A stretch of DNA of 64,000 nucleotides from an uncultured Patescibacteria group bacterium (GCA_905478415.1 CAJQIG010000005.1:1598-65597); one strand, 5' to 3'. Counted from the stretch's first letter, positions 28,694-38,381 are shown. Made by a program: numbers and translations. The notes: generated by a model not told the origin, from the letters alone.

Positions 28694-28835
28694 CACATAA
28701 AGGACCAGCAATAGCTGGTTCTTGATGTGTTTGTTCGGTGATGATTTGAACTGTCGCGCCGGGCAAACGAGCACATTGTGCGAGTCACCCTAGTGCATGT
28801 GAGCCTCATCTAGTAGAAACAGATTGCGAATCGTA

Positions 28836-28856
28836 AATCCCTCCTGGCGCACACAT
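28836..28856 (+). repeat. 21-bp direct repeat of the tRNA-Arg 3' end (AATCCCTCCTGGCGCACACAT; first copy 28678..28698), 137 bp downstream. att-like scar.
   Basis: An exact 21-bp identity with the T-arm/acceptor 3' segment of the tRNA at 28621..28693. The intervening 137 bp contain a hairpin (GGACCAGC-aata-GCTGGTTC). Confidence 0.6.
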
Positions 28857-28872
28857 TTATTTATATATTGAT

Positions 28873-29382
28873 ATGTCAAAACAAGAAAAAAAATTAGTTT
28901 CGCGCGTTGCTCTTTTTGCACCAGATACTAAAGCTATTCAGCCCCACCTCCCTCCTGTTCAAGAAGTAATTTGTACTATTAGACCTAGCTGGTCGAAAGT
29001 TGGTGCATACGAAATGGCACTTCCTGGTGGCAAGATCGATTCAGTTGATTACGATAATCTTAAACAAACAGAAATGCTTACCGATGTTGAAGCTGGAGCC
29101 AATGCAGCTGCCCGAGAACTTTGGGAAGAGTTGGGAATTGAGCTGGCACCTACTGTTTTACGCTACATTTTAGAGTCTACTAATGATTCCGGTTGGACAA
29201 CCCTTTTATATGCCGCTTTTCTTCAAGAAAAGCCTGCCCTACAAGTGCTTCCAGAAAGTGCTGGTACTGTTTGGTTAGATGCTACTGCTGTGGCTGAAGG
29301 AAACATTCCTTTGTTTGCAGAACATGCTTATCTAGTCATTCAGGCTCTTGAGAGTTTTGGTAGTAGATTGAACAAAACATAA
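28873..29382 (+). CDS. NUDIX hydrolase
   Basis: Nudix-box-like GGKIDSVDYDNLKQTEMLTDVEAGANAAARELWEELGI (G-x5-E-x7-REL-EE-GI pattern). Confidence 0.55.
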   Translation: MSKQEKKLVSRVALFAPDTKAIQPHLPPVQEVICTIRPSWSKVGAYEMALPGGKIDSVDYDNLKQTEMLTDVEAGANAAARELWEELGIELAPTVLRYILESTNDSGWTTLLYAAFLQEKPALQVLPESAGTVWLDATAVAEGNIPLFAEHAYLVIQALESFGSRLNKT

Positions 29383-29424
29383 AAAAAAGCGGACCATTAT
29401 GATCCGCTTATGTAAATGAAATTC

Positions 29425-29817
29425 TCAGAGTTTGGGTACATTCAGTAGATCACCGAGTGCTTCTTGTAATGCACTTGCCAACTCAACCCTTCTCTCTTCT
29501 CTTTGAGCAAGAAATGAAATGTTGGCTAGCTTCAGTGCTAACACATTTCGATCTTCGCCCGCTTCTTTTATGGCAGAAGCTACATAAGCTGCCATAGTTG
29601 TTTTTTGAACGAGCGCTACTGCTTCTTCATCAGATACTCCATGGGCCAGAATGATACTGTGTTTATGGTTTTCTGACCAAGCAGGGAAGTTGTCAGCTGA
29701 AGCCAGTGATGTCCAGGTTCTGATCCCTGCATGATTACTACCTTTTTGACCGGTTCCTTCCAAAATAACATTGTAAGGCACGTACCTACTCCTTTGTGAA
29801 ACGAAAGCATTTTTCAT
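29425..29817 (-). CDS. Hypothetical protein
   Basis: A 130-aa ORF. A bidirectional hairpin plus T8 lies downstream (29385..29412). No motif recognised. Confidence 0.35.
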   Translation of the reverse strand: MKNAFVSQRSRYVPYNVILEGTGQKGSNHAGIRTWTSLASADNFPAWSENHKHSIILAHGVSDEEAVALVQKTTMAAYVASAIKEAGEDRNVLALKLANISFLAQREERRVELASALQEALGDLLNVPKL

Positions 29818-29971
29818 CCCACTTTTTAGTTAAAGAACTTCGACATGATTATAACATATAAATACAGGTCTTCTTTTTCTTGTGTGACACCCTTCTCTTT
29901 TTTATGTTGGTTTGGTATGCATCCTGAGTCATGAAGGCATTTGAAAACTTTGAATTTTTTTGATAAATCAA

Positions 29972-30002
29972 AAACCCAGGATTTTATTCCTGGGTTTTTT
30001 TA
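29972..30002. terminator. Bidirectional rho-independent terminator (AAACCCAGGA-ttttatt-TCCTGGGTTT + T-run)
   Basis: A 10-bp stem flanked by A5 and T7. It terminates the PKD-protein gene (minus strand). Confidence 0.65.
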
Positions 30003-30023
30003 AACACTCTATAAAGTGTGCCT

Positions 30024-31463
30024 TTAATTAACAATGATTGTAATCGTATCAGTACCTGTAAGACCATCGTTGTCTGTTACGGTTAACGTTACCGTGTAAG
30101 TCCCTGGATTTCTATACGTATGCAGAACACGATGATTTACACTTGTTGTTCCATCTCCAAAATCCCAAAGGTATGAGGATATTGTCCCATCTGAGTCATA
30201 AGATTGATCTCCATAGAAACGGTTTCTAACAGGTGCAGTGCCTTCATATGTTTCTGCTGTAGCAATTGCAACGGGTGCAGTGCCTTCAATTGGATCAGTT
30301 GCAGTAATACTCATTGTCGTACTACTAGTTGCACCTTCATTATCGGTAACAGTTAAAGTTACTAGATATGTTCCAGCCACTGTGTAAGTATGATTTGCAA
30401 TCACACCTGAGGCTGTAGTTTCATCTCCAAAATTCCAATCATAGGAGACTATGCTTCCATCTGAATCCGAAGAGCTTGAAGCATCAAAGTTGACCACCAG
30501 ATCAATTTCACCTGCGGAAACATTTGAGGTCATACTTGCTGTAGGTGCATAATTAAAGTTAGGATCCAAAGCAGTAATAGTAACGCTTTCTGTAGTACTA
30601 GCGCCTTCGTTATCTGTTGCTGTTACCACAGCTGTGTACTCACCAAAATCGTTATACACATGATTTAACTGTACTGCAGTTGATTGGGTGGCAACTTGGC
30701 CATCACCAAAATCCCAATCGTAAGAAACGATACTGCCATTTGGATCGTAAGATCCAGTTAGATCAAAGTTAACATCAAGTGGTGCATCTCCTGTTGTAGG
30801 ATTCGTCGATAACATAACTACTGGAGAGGCATTGCCGTTTCCCTCTGTTGCAAAGTAAACTCCATTAAATTTTACTGAATCACCTAGACTGGAAAAGTTA
30901 ACAACAAACTCTAATTTGTAAAATGGGTAAGATTGAGCAACCTGAGTAGTCTCAATTGCGTTTGTCCAACTCATATTAGGAATATCATAATCTTGATGTT
31001 GGAAAGCTTTCCAAACAAAAGTCCATTCTCCATCTATTGAATCTGAACCATACACATTAACATCGAATACATTAGGATTAGCTTGAATCCACCACATTGA
31101 GTAATGTAGCGTTGTATCATTTGGGTTAGCTTCTACGATTGTAGAAGTAACAGCATACTCAAAAGGAACTAAAAGACCGCCGAAGCTTGATGTAGATGCT
31201 TTGCGAGTATGCCCTTTGAATAAATCAGGGGTTGGTTGATTTTCTTTAGTACTAAAAGTCCAATTAGCATCATCTTCCCAATGAACAGAACTTTGAACTT
31301 CTGGGTTGTTAGGGTCTCTAAACCAAGGATTTAACACAAGATTATCCTCAGGTAAGGGACCAACTGTATTAACTGTTGCCAATGCAGGAGCAGCAAACCG
31401 GAGAAAAGCAACCGAAAAAACGGTCAAGATAAAAGAAAAAAACAATGACTTTTTCATATTCAT
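30024..31463 (-). CDS. Secreted protein with three tandem PKD domains
   Basis: Signal peptide MNMKKSLFFSFILTVFSVAFLRFAAPALA. Three repeats of the pattern ...SYDW(D/N)FGDG...Y(T/L)V.LTVTDNEG(A/L)... typical of the PKD fold. Confidence 0.7.
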   Translation of the reverse strand: MNMKKSLFFSFILTVFSVAFLRFAAPALATVNTVGPLPEDNLVLNPWFRDPNNPEVQSSVHWEDDANWTFSTKENQPTPDLFKGHTRKASTSSFGGLLVPFEYAVTSTIVEANPNDTTLHYSMWWIQANPNVFDVNVYGSDSIDGEWTFVWKAFQHQDYDIPNMSWTNAIETTQVAQSYPFYKLEFVVNFSSLGDSVKFNGVYFATEGNGNASPVVMLSTNPTTGDAPLDVNFDLTGSYDPNGSIVSYDWDFGDGQVATQSTAVQLNHVYNDFGEYTAVVTATDNEGASTTESVTITALDPNFNYAPTASMTSNVSAGEIDLVVNFDASSSSDSDGSIVSYDWNFGDETTASGVIANHTYTVAGTYLVTLTVTDNEGATSSTTMSITATDPIEGTAPVAIATAETYEGTAPVRNRFYGDQSYDSDGTISSYLWDFGDGTTSVNHRVLHTYRNPGTYTVTLTVTDNDGLTGTDTITIIVN

Positions 31464-31613
31464 AAACTATAACTTTATATTCTAATAACTATTGTAATGT
31501 ATCATTATCGACAATAATTAGTAAGTCTGAGTTTTGTGTAGCTTCATTAGGGGTGAAAGTTTCAATCCCAGCTTTTGACATATTGGAGAAATTTTTAGTA
31601 TATACTATGTAGT

Positions 31614-32804
31614 GTGAAACCCTCGAAAAAACAGCTCCAGCGCAACATTTTTTTAGTATATATCCTGACAGCTCTCGATTATGCCTGGTTTTGGATTGCT
31701 ATTTGGGTACTTTTTTACTTGCGATTTACCGATTATGCGGGGATTGGTTTACTTGAAGCTATTATGATTACTACTTCGGTATTTGCAGAGGTTCCTACAG
31801 GTGCAATTGCAGATTTATTAGGTAAGAAGAAGACGATGTTAGTCGCTTTTGCTGTTGGAAGTGTGGGAAATATACTCATGGGTTTAGCTGGAGATTTCAC
31901 ATTGCTCGCCTTAGGAGTCTTAGTAGCAACACTTGGTGGTGCACTGACTTCTGGGACTGTTGAAGCACTTGTGTATGATAGTTTGCTTTCAATCAAAAAG
32001 GAAAAAACATATGAAAAAGTTTTGGGAAATATGTCTTCCATTCGCATGGCTACATTAGGGTTTGTGGCTTTGATTGGTGGCTTTTTATACAGCTTGAACC
32101 CAGGACTTCCTTTTATCGGAGTTGGTTTGGCAAAATTAGTTGCTATAGGAGTTGGGTTATTATTAGTCGAACCTCCTATTGATTCTGAAACATTTTCTTG
32201 GAGTGTCTATAAAAACCAAACGGTGCAGGGTTTTAAACAATTCTTTGCTGTTGGATATCGAAAGCAGCATATAGCAGTGCTCCTTTTAACTGCCTTAGTG
32301 GTGATGAATGGTCATGTTTTTATTGATGCACAGTTGGTTGACTTAGGTTGGAACGAGAAACAGCTTGGTGTGATTGCCACAGTCATGTATGGCATCTCGG
32401 CTTTAGTTGGACAGTTGGCTCCTTGGATTTCTAAGAAATTTGGAACAGTTACGGCACATCTTTTTTCGGCTTTGTATATTGCCGGTACCATGTTGGTTGT
32501 ACCATTACTTGGACCAGTAGTTGCAACAGTGTTTATTATTTCTCGCAACAATACGATTGAAATTTTTGGTAATACAGCTTCAATGATTGTGAATGCGCAT
32601 ACTGAGTCGAAGTACAGGGCTACCACACTTTCTACATATAGTATGCTTTCGAACATTCCCTATATTTTTGCTGCGTATGGGCTTGGTAGTTTGATGGATC
32701 GATGGTCATCTCACACAGTGGTAGCTACGTTAGGTGCTTTGCTGGCAGCTGTTGTGGTTGCTGCCTTGTTTGTAGTGCCCCGTCAGTCAAAAAGCAGTAT
32801 CTGA
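31614..32804 (+). CDS. Major facilitator superfamily transporter
   Basis: ~12 TM helices. The loop 2-3 motif ...GAIADLLGKKKTMLVAF... resembles the MFS signature G-x3-D-(R/K)-x-G-R-(R/K). Confidence 0.7.
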   Translation: MKPSKKQLQRNIFLVYILTALDYAWFWIAIWVLFYLRFTDYAGIGLLEAIMITTSVFAEVPTGAIADLLGKKKTMLVAFAVGSVGNILMGLAGDFTLLALGVLVATLGGALTSGTVEALVYDSLLSIKKEKTYEKVLGNMSSIRMATLGFVALIGGFLYSLNPGLPFIGVGLAKLVAIGVGLLLVEPPIDSETFSWSVYKNQTVQGFKQFFAVGYRKQHIAVLLLTALVVMNGHVFIDAQLVDLGWNEKQLGVIATVMYGISALVGQLAPWISKKFGTVTAHLFSALYIAGTMLVVPLLGPVVATVFIISRNNTIEIFGNTASMIVNAHTESKYRATTLSTYSMLSNIPYIFAAYGLGSLMDRWSSHTVVATLGALLAAVVVAALFVVPRQSKSSI

Positions 32805-32819
32805 TATACTATATCTAAG

Positions 32820-33089
32820 ATGCCAAGAAATCCCGAATATCAACATTTTTTAGATGTTGTTGCTGGTCGTCAGACCGATGGTGGTACTCCAACAGAAGAA
32901 ACAACTGCATCAGATCAAGAAATTGGTTGGTGGAAACAGCACCAGTTTCGGCGAGCTATGCGACATGCTCGGGCTGGGAATGCTACAGATCTTGAGTTGC
33001 GATATTTAGCTAATCATGGGTACATTTACCCAGCTACTCCGAAAGAATATATTCAGAAGCCTACAAAAGAAAAAAAAGTTAGTCAATAG
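32820..33089 (+). CDS. Small hypothetical protein
   Basis: An 89-aa ORF with no motif. Confidence 0.3.
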   Translation: MPRNPEYQHFLDVVAGRQTDGGTPTEETTASDQEIGWWKQHQFRRAMRHARAGNATDLELRYLANHGYIYPATPKEYIQKPTKEKKVSQ

Positions 33090-33696
33090 TAGTGCAGACC
33101 TCGTCAGCCCACATTCCTCGCTTTTTTTCGATAGCAGTTTGTTGTAGTTTTTCAAACATTTCTTGGTATTTTATATCCGGTTTGTACTCTGAAGAGATCG
33201 CATAACCTTCTGTCAATAGCAGTTCATTTATAGAAACTAAATTTTCTGAAAGAGGTTCAGCCCCTTCAGGAAGAATATATACATATCTGAGCAAGCGACC
33301 GTAACGATCAGTGTCAGAAACATCTTTTTCAAGCCAAACGTGTTGCCCATCAACTAACTGGATATTAAAGGCAGAAGCTTCTTTCCCAAAACAGCCTTGA
33401 GGTCGATTGGGATCGACGGTTTCTGGAGTGTCGATGCCGATGTAGCGCACTTTTCTATCATCGATGAGAACAATAGTGTCGCCGTCGATGACGCGTGCTA
33501 CGGTGGCAGATTCGAGTTTTGCAAATTGTTTGGTGTTGTGTACTACTGCAGTTGATGGTTCTGGGAGTATTTTGTCAGTAGTGGGTGTGTCAAAACGAGT
33601 CAAACTAAAGGAGATGGCAAACAGCACTACTAAGATCACTAGCTTTTGTGAAAAGGAGGCTTTGTTGTAGAGTTTTCTGAATTCTTTTTTGATCAT
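33079..33696 (-). CDS. Membrane-anchored thermonuclease (staphylococcal nuclease, SNase-like)
   Basis: N-terminal TM. ATVARVIDGDTIVLIDDRKVRYIGIDTPE...GKEASAFN...DRYGRLLRYVY matches the SNase active-site pattern (DGDT...RL.GIDaPE...D.YgR.la.v). Confidence 0.75.
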   Translation of the reverse strand: MIKKEFRKLYNKASFSQKLVILVVLFAISFSLTRFDTPTTDKILPEPSTAVVHNTKQFAKLESATVARVIDGDTIVLIDDRKVRYIGIDTPETVDPNRPQGCFGKEASAFNIQLVDGQHVWLEKDVSDTDRYGRLLRYVYILPEGAEPLSENLVSINELLLTEGYAISSEYKPDIKYQEMFEKLQQTAIEKKRGMWADEVCTTID

Positions 33697-34196
33697 ATCT
33701 TGCGACTATCGTATGCCCAGTGTAACAGAGCTTGACGCTGTTTTTTTCGGCAGCTCAAATCACCTTTAATACAATTCTTTTTAAGTTGGCCAATGTGACG
33801 GCGCATGGCTTTCCACCGTTTAATTTGGCGTTCATCATCAACATCTCTACGGCCCATGTAGTATCTACAATACCACTGGAACCAGCCGCGCGGATCATCG
33901 GGATGAATCCAGCCTTTGGTTTGCCAGACCGAGAGTGGTTGACTGGCCTCGACTCCAAAAAAATTTACATTTGCATCAGGTTTTTGAGGAGAAAGTTTAG
34001 CATTAGCAAACCACTCTTTGGGAAATTCTCTTCGACAATCAGTCATGTATTTTCCGCTAAAGACACCAAGCTTGAGCATTTGTTGTGGTGTCAGCTCTGG
34101 CTTGAATTCGGGGTTAAAATGTTTGCCAATTGGTTCAGACAAAATATATTTGTAGTTTTTTTGAAATGAATCATTAACAACAACTATGGCAGACAT
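33693..34196 (-). CDS. Conserved hypothetical protein (W/R/Y-rich C-terminal motif WFQWYCRYYMGRRDVDDERQIKRWKAM). Family not identified.
   Basis: A 167-aa ORF overlapping the SNase gene start by 4 bp (operon). The motif-rich C-terminus suggests a conserved domain I cannot name. Confidence 0.4.
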   Translation of the reverse strand: MSAIVVVNDSFQKNYKYILSEPIGKHFNPEFKPELTPQQMLKLGVFSGKYMTDCRREFPKEWFANAKLSPQKPDANVNFFGVEASQPLSVWQTKGWIHPDDPRGWFQWYCRYYMGRRDVDDERQIKRWKAMRRHIGQLKKNCIKGDLSCRKKQRQALLHWAYDSRKI

Positions 34197-34966
34197 TAGG
34201 CACTTTTGGGAGGTAGTGGAATAAAGACACTGGTTCTTTTTTTGTAGGCCTCAAAATCGGGGCGGCCAGCATACTTTTTTTCAAGTAGCGGGATTCCTGA
34301 AACAAATAGAATCAAGATGGTAATAGTTACTGGTCCAACGAGGGTAAAGAGCGCATTCGGAAAAGAAAGTACTACAATAAAAATTCCCCACCAAAGGGTA
34401 ACTTCACCGAAGTAATTTGGATGGCGAGTATATTTCCACAAGCCAGATTCCATGAGTTTGCCTTTGTTTTTTTTATCAGCGATATGTTGTTTTAGTTGTC
34501 GATCCCCTACTACTTCGAAATAGAAACCAAAACTCCAAACAAGTAGCCCCAGAATATCAAAAACATAGACAGCGTTTGCTTTTTGTGTGTGAATAAAAAT
34601 AATTGGTATCGATATGAGGAACAGCAGAAAACCTTGTAACATAAAGACTTGGAAATACGATCTAATGGTAAACCACTTACCCCAGTCTTTTCTCCAGGCA
34701 AGGTAGCGAGAGTCTTCTGGCTTATTTTTATTTCGTGCATAGATATGGGAAGCTAGTCTTACTCCCCATATGGTGACAAGTAAGGTAATTACTAATGGTC
34801 TTAGTTGATAACTACCAATAAGTAAGAAGGCAGCCCAAGCTACAAGCACAAATCCAAGACCCCAAGCAATATCGGCAACGTCATTTCTTTTTTTGATGAC
34901 AGATATAAAGTACCAAGCATTCATGTAGAGAAAAATAATGCCAAGGAGTGTTAGATAGATGTTCAT
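34196..34966 (-). CDS. DUF1295 / ICMT / steroid-5-alpha-reductase-like membrane protein. The probable start is the Met at 34966 rather than 35032.
   Basis: The C-terminal motif [21 protein letters not shown] is the RHPNY.GE...W.G signature shared by the ICMT/DUF1295/phospholipid methyltransferase family. ~7 TM helices. Confidence 0.6.
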   Translation of the reverse strand: MNIYLTLLGIIFLYMNAWYFISVIKKRNDVADIAWGLGFVLVAWAAFLLIGSYQLRPLVITLLVTIWGVRLASHIYARNKNKPEDSRYLAWRKDWGKWFTIRSYFQVFMLQGFLLFLISIPIIFIHTQKANAVYVFDILGLLVWSFGFYFEVVGDRQLKQHIADKKNKGKLMESGLWKYTRHPNYFGEVTLWWGIFIVVLSFPNALFTLVGPVTITILILFVSGIPLLEKKYAGRPDFEAYKKRTSVFIPLPPKSA

Positions 34967-35355
34967 AATCCCAACTTTGTGGCTGCTACGTAGGTAAGTG
35001 TCGAGACTAAAGTTGCGAGGACTGTTCCCCAAATAAGATCAACAATAGTTACCAATAGTGGCCAGTCTTTGACAGTAGCTAGGTTAGTCAGATCATAGGT
35101 GGCATAGGTGACCAGACCGAACAGTGCCCCCATGAGTGCTGCTGACATTAGTGATTCTTTTTGAAGGGCTGGAGAAATCACAAAGATAAGTAGCCCTGCA
35201 ACAAAGATAAGGTAAAAAATAATGGCGGCAACCCAGTTAACATTGACTTTCATCAGGAAACCAAGTTGTTTACCATAAAAGTTTCTTGCAACCAGCCCCA
35301 GCCAGACCATATCTATTGCTAAAAAGATTGAGAAAGCGATGCCGTAGAGTTTCAT
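34963..35355 (-). CDS. Small integral membrane protein (DUF2177-like)
   Basis: A 130-aa ORF with four TM helices. It overlaps the downstream gene by 4 bp if that gene starts at 34966. Confidence 0.4.
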   Translation of the reverse strand: MKLYGIAFSIFLAIDMVWLGLVARNFYGKQLGFLMKVNVNWVAAIIFYLIFVAGLLIFVISPALQKESLMSAALMGALFGLVTYATYDLTNLATVKDWPLLVTIVDLIWGTVLATLVSTLTYVAATKLGL

Positions 35356-35510
35356 ATGAGTTTAGTGTACCAAATAAGTATGTGGGCTGAAAAGTCACAG
35401 CTCTAGGTTTGAAGTGATGAGTTGCCATGAAGGGAAGCTCAGAAATTTCCAGTAGGGTGCTTTTGAAAAGATTGATCAACTCAATAAGGTAGCTTATACT
35501 ATAACGTATC

Positions 35511-35885
35511 ATGATACATGAAACAGAAAAATCCTTTGATCAACAACTTGCTGAAGAAGCAGTAAGAATGAATAATTTCATTGCTTATCTTCCCGGGGGC
35601 TTGTATCGAAGACTTGCAGCAGATCAAGTGCAACCAGGCCAGACTTATGGAGAGTATTTGCCAGAAAGTGAACATAAATGGCGGAGTGAGATTTTTCTTA
35701 GTCAAACTCCCAACCAGTTTTTTGCTCTTGTTGATGAATTGATTACTCAGTTTGGAATTCAAACCGAGGAGATTGACTTATCAGGGGCTGATTGGAAAAA
35801 GAAGCTTCAAATTAAGAAACTTGTAGCTCCTGTTTTTATTGCCCTCCGTAAAATGGGATATACCGATTACGAATTAAATGTCTAG
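35511..35885 (+). CDS. Hypothetical protein
   Basis: A 124-aa ORF with no motif. Confidence 0.35.
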   Translation: MIHETEKSFDQQLAEEAVRMNNFIAYLPGGLYRRLAADQVQPGQTYGEYLPESEHKWRSEIFLSQTPNQFFALVDELITQFGIQTEEIDLSGADWKKKLQIKKLVAPVFIALRKMGYTDYELNV

Positions 35886-35912
35886 AGTAGTTTTAGAAAT
35901 GTAAGGTTACGT

Positions 35913-36407
35913 ATGAATTGTATTATCACTGTTGGTTTTCCCGAATCAAGATGGGAAGAGTACAAGACAATTCGAATGCAAGCGCTTAAAGAGGTGCCCC
36001 AAGCTTTCCTAGATGATATTGATCGTGCAGAAAAAGAACCTACATCATTTTGGATTGAGAGAGCTAAAAATGTTACCTTTGCTGAGGTTAATGGCAAGGT
36101 TGTAGGAATTGTGGGATTTTATCAAGAGGAAAAAACAAAGCAGCGTCACATTGCAAACCTTGTAGGTGTCTATGTGTTACCTGAACATCGAGGTAAAAAA
36201 ATTGGGTATGAGTTAGTAGTCCGAGTTCTAGATGAAATTAAGAAAAATCCAGAGATTACAGTCATTCAGTTGGGAGTCGTTGCTACCCAACAAAAAGCTC
36301 TGCAACTTTATACTTCTTTGGGATTCGTTGAAGTTGGCAAACTTAAGTTTGCGGTCAAGGTAGGTGATACTTATTTTGATGAATACTTGATGCAGCTGTA
36401 CCTATAG
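35913..36407 (+). CDS. GNAT family N-acetyltransferase
   Basis: VVGIVGF...HIANLVGVYVLPEHRGKKIGYELVVRVLDEIKKN...LGVVATQQKALQLYTSLGFVEVGK matches GNAT motifs A/B (the R/Q-x-x-G-x-G/A acetyl-CoA loop reads HRGKKIG). Confidence 0.75.
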   Translation: MNCIITVGFPESRWEEYKTIRMQALKEVPQAFLDDIDRAEKEPTSFWIERAKNVTFAEVNGKVVGIVGFYQEEKTKQRHIANLVGVYVLPEHRGKKIGYELVVRVLDEIKKNPEITVIQLGVVATQQKALQLYTSLGFVEVGKLKFAVKVGDTYFDEYLMQLYL

Positions 36408-36409
36408 CT

Positions 36410-36715
36410 TTATTTTTCTGGAATAGAATCCACCCAATTTTTAATGGCATTTTTGAGGGCCCGTGGTCCCGTCATTGTCGGAAATGATACGTACATACTC
36501 GATGGCGTATGTTTTATATAGAGGGTATGACGGTCAGATCTGATTTCAATGACATCACCATACTTTTGTTCTAGACTTATTTCATCTTTGTACCAATCTG
36601 CAGGGTTAGTTGCAGAAAATGATTGTGCGAGTAGGTCATGTTTTTCTAGTGCTGCTTGAACTTCTTCTGCTGTTGGGATGTCTGTGACTTCTGTAAAAGT
36701 TGGTCGTTCTGTCAT
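36410..36715 (-). CDS. Small hypothetical protein
   Basis: A 101-aa ORF with no motif. Confidence 0.35.
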   Translation of the reverse strand: MTERPTFTEVTDIPTAEEVQAALEKHDLLAQSFSATNPADWYKDEISLEQKYGDVIEIRSDRHTLYIKHTPSSMYVSFPTMTGPRALKNAIKNWVDSIPEK

Positions 36716-36794
36716 TATGTGGTGATTATAGCATTAGCGGAGAGATACTAGAGCTGAATACAGTAATGATACATATATACTGTAGAATGGTAGT

Positions 36795-37454
36795 ATGCCA
36801 GAATTCACTCGAAACTTCAGAGATATATTAGAAACCAGAAAAATAGCAAGGGCACATAGAGATGAAGAAGATGATCAGTGGTTACTTGATGACGAAGGTG
36901 TAGAAAACTTTAACTATTTTTTTAAGAATGTGCTTTTTGGAAAAAAGCTTGAAGATATTGTGAGGACTTTGAGGGAGAGTAAAGGAAACGTGGCAGCTCT
37001 CAATGTATTCGGTGGAACAAAAGTTTTAGAAGATCTCGAGATCGATTCAGGATTTGCAATTAAATTAAAACAAAAACGTGCCCCAGAAAAAGGATCTAAA
37101 GTTATTGAGGGAGATGTGCTGAGTAAAGCTACTTGGAGAGAAATACCAGATAATTTAGACTTAGTTTTATCAATGGGACGAGGTGCCTTATATGATCTTC
37201 CCGATAACGCAAATATTTTTTATTTTTTAATTAACACCATTTGGAACAAGATGAATGCTAGTGGGAGTATTGCCTTATTTCAGGTGCCCAGGTGGATGAA
37301 ATCAGACTTTGAGAGTTGGGCAAAAAAGGTATCCGAAAGTGGAGTTCAAATAAATTATAGTTTGACCCATGCAGATGATTCAGATAAGGACACCTACTAC
37401 GCAGTTCTTTTGTTGAAAGATGAGGAATCTCCGGTACAGTTACCTTCAGTTTGA
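36795..37454 (+). CDS. Hypothetical protein
   Basis: A 219-aa ORF with no motif recognised. Confidence 0.35.
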   Translation: MPEFTRNFRDILETRKIARAHRDEEDDQWLLDDEGVENFNYFFKNVLFGKKLEDIVRTLRESKGNVAALNVFGGTKVLEDLEIDSGFAIKLKQKRAPEKGSKVIEGDVLSKATWREIPDNLDLVLSMGRGALYDLPDNANIFYFLINTIWNKMNASGSIALFQVPRWMKSDFESWAKKVSESGVQINYSLTHADDSDKDTYYAVLLLKDEESPVQLPSV

Positions 37455-37477
37455 AGAATCAGTGAGTAAAATAATGG

Positions 37478-38092
37478 TTAGTGAACTATAAAACTATTAT
37501 TACTCAGAAGCTCTGTAACTATTACAGAAGTATTTATATTTGTTGTATCAAATACATGTTCGCTATTTAATGGATCATTATTAAGTTTATTTAATAAAAC
37601 TATAGAACGATTTAAGTACTGTACTTCTCCTCTTTTTTCTAATCGATTCTCAAGAGTTTTTTTATCTGCAATAAGCACAATATATTTGATTTTGATGTTT
37701 AAATCTTTAGTTTTTTCTACAAACCATCTCAGTTCCTCTTCAATAACAAAATCTATGACAACATCTATGACAACATCTAACTCTGCCTTAATATAACTTC
37801 TAGTAGTGTCTAAGATGCTATTCCAAGCTAAGCTAATTCGTTTTTCCCAAGAAAGTTTGCTCACTTTTTCAGTAGCATTAAGAAAAGTGTCGCCTTCAAT
37901 CAAAACTCCTTCATCTAGCTGACTTACTAATTTTCTTGTTACTGTAGTTTTACCAACCCCCAATGGGCCTGAAACGATATAAACTGTTCTTTGTTTGTTC
38001 ATGGTAACTATTTTTTGCAAACTAACCATACTTTCTATTGCTCTTGTAAAAACAAGTTGTTTTTTTTCTGGATAGTGTTCCACTGATATCAT
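37478..38092 (-). CDS. P-loop kinase-like protein (AAA_33 / chloramphenicol-phosphotransferase-like fold) containing an in-frame 12-bp tandem DNA repeat
   Basis: Walker A VYIVSGPLGVGKTTVTRKL. The tandem repeat ATCTATGACAAC x2.5 (37751..37779) encodes DVVIDVVIDFVI. Confidence 0.55.
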   Translation of the reverse strand: MISVEHYPEKKQLVFTRAIESMVSLQKIVTMNKQRTVYIVSGPLGVGKTTVTRKLVSQLDEGVLIEGDTFLNATEKVSKLSWEKRISLAWNSILDTTRSYIKAELDVVIDVVIDFVIEEELRWFVEKTKDLNIKIKYIVLIADKKTLENRLEKRGEVQYLNRSIVLLNKLNNDPLNSEHVFDTTNINTSVIVTELLSNNSFIVH

Positions 38093-38208
38093 TGATGCAT
38101 CTTGAGCATAGTTACTGCCAGGAGGGTTGTGAGGTTCTATTAGAATAATTTACCTTTTATCCAGTTGGTTGGCCAAGACTGCTCGCTCGCGTTGCTCACT
38201 GTGTGATG

Positions 38209-38381
38209 CTAGCCATTGAGGGTGGGGAAAGAATCGAACTTTCCTCTCAACCATTCCACTCACAGGGAAGCATTCTGCCGCTGAACTAAAGGTGATAATA
38301 CTTTGCTCACCTTCTGGGTATCGAACCCAGGTCTCTTCCGTGGTGGGTCAAGTGGGACTCGAACCCACGACACCCTGCTTA
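38209..38381. repeat. attL: the left copy of the 173-bp direct repeat. It contains a 3' fragment of tRNA-Lys (anticodon loop to CCA, ~38341..38381) plus ~130 bp of tRNA-flanking sequence that includes tRNA-like T-arm motifs.
   Basis: Matches 47711..47883 except for 2 substitutions. These form a compensatory pair in the tRNA T-stem (CTGGG/CCCAG versus GTGGG/CCCAC). Confidence 0.8.

Noticed and set aside
28565-28809. ORFs 28565..28774 and 28609..28809 (minus strand)
   Set aside because: They overlap tRNA-Arg and its att-like repeat. They are Cys/Arg-rich translations of tRNA-complementary sequence.
28694-28835. Treating the tRNA-Arg repeat pair as a full integrated element
   Set aside because: Only 137 bp lie between the repeats and there is no integrase or cargo, so it is a scar or miniature element at most.
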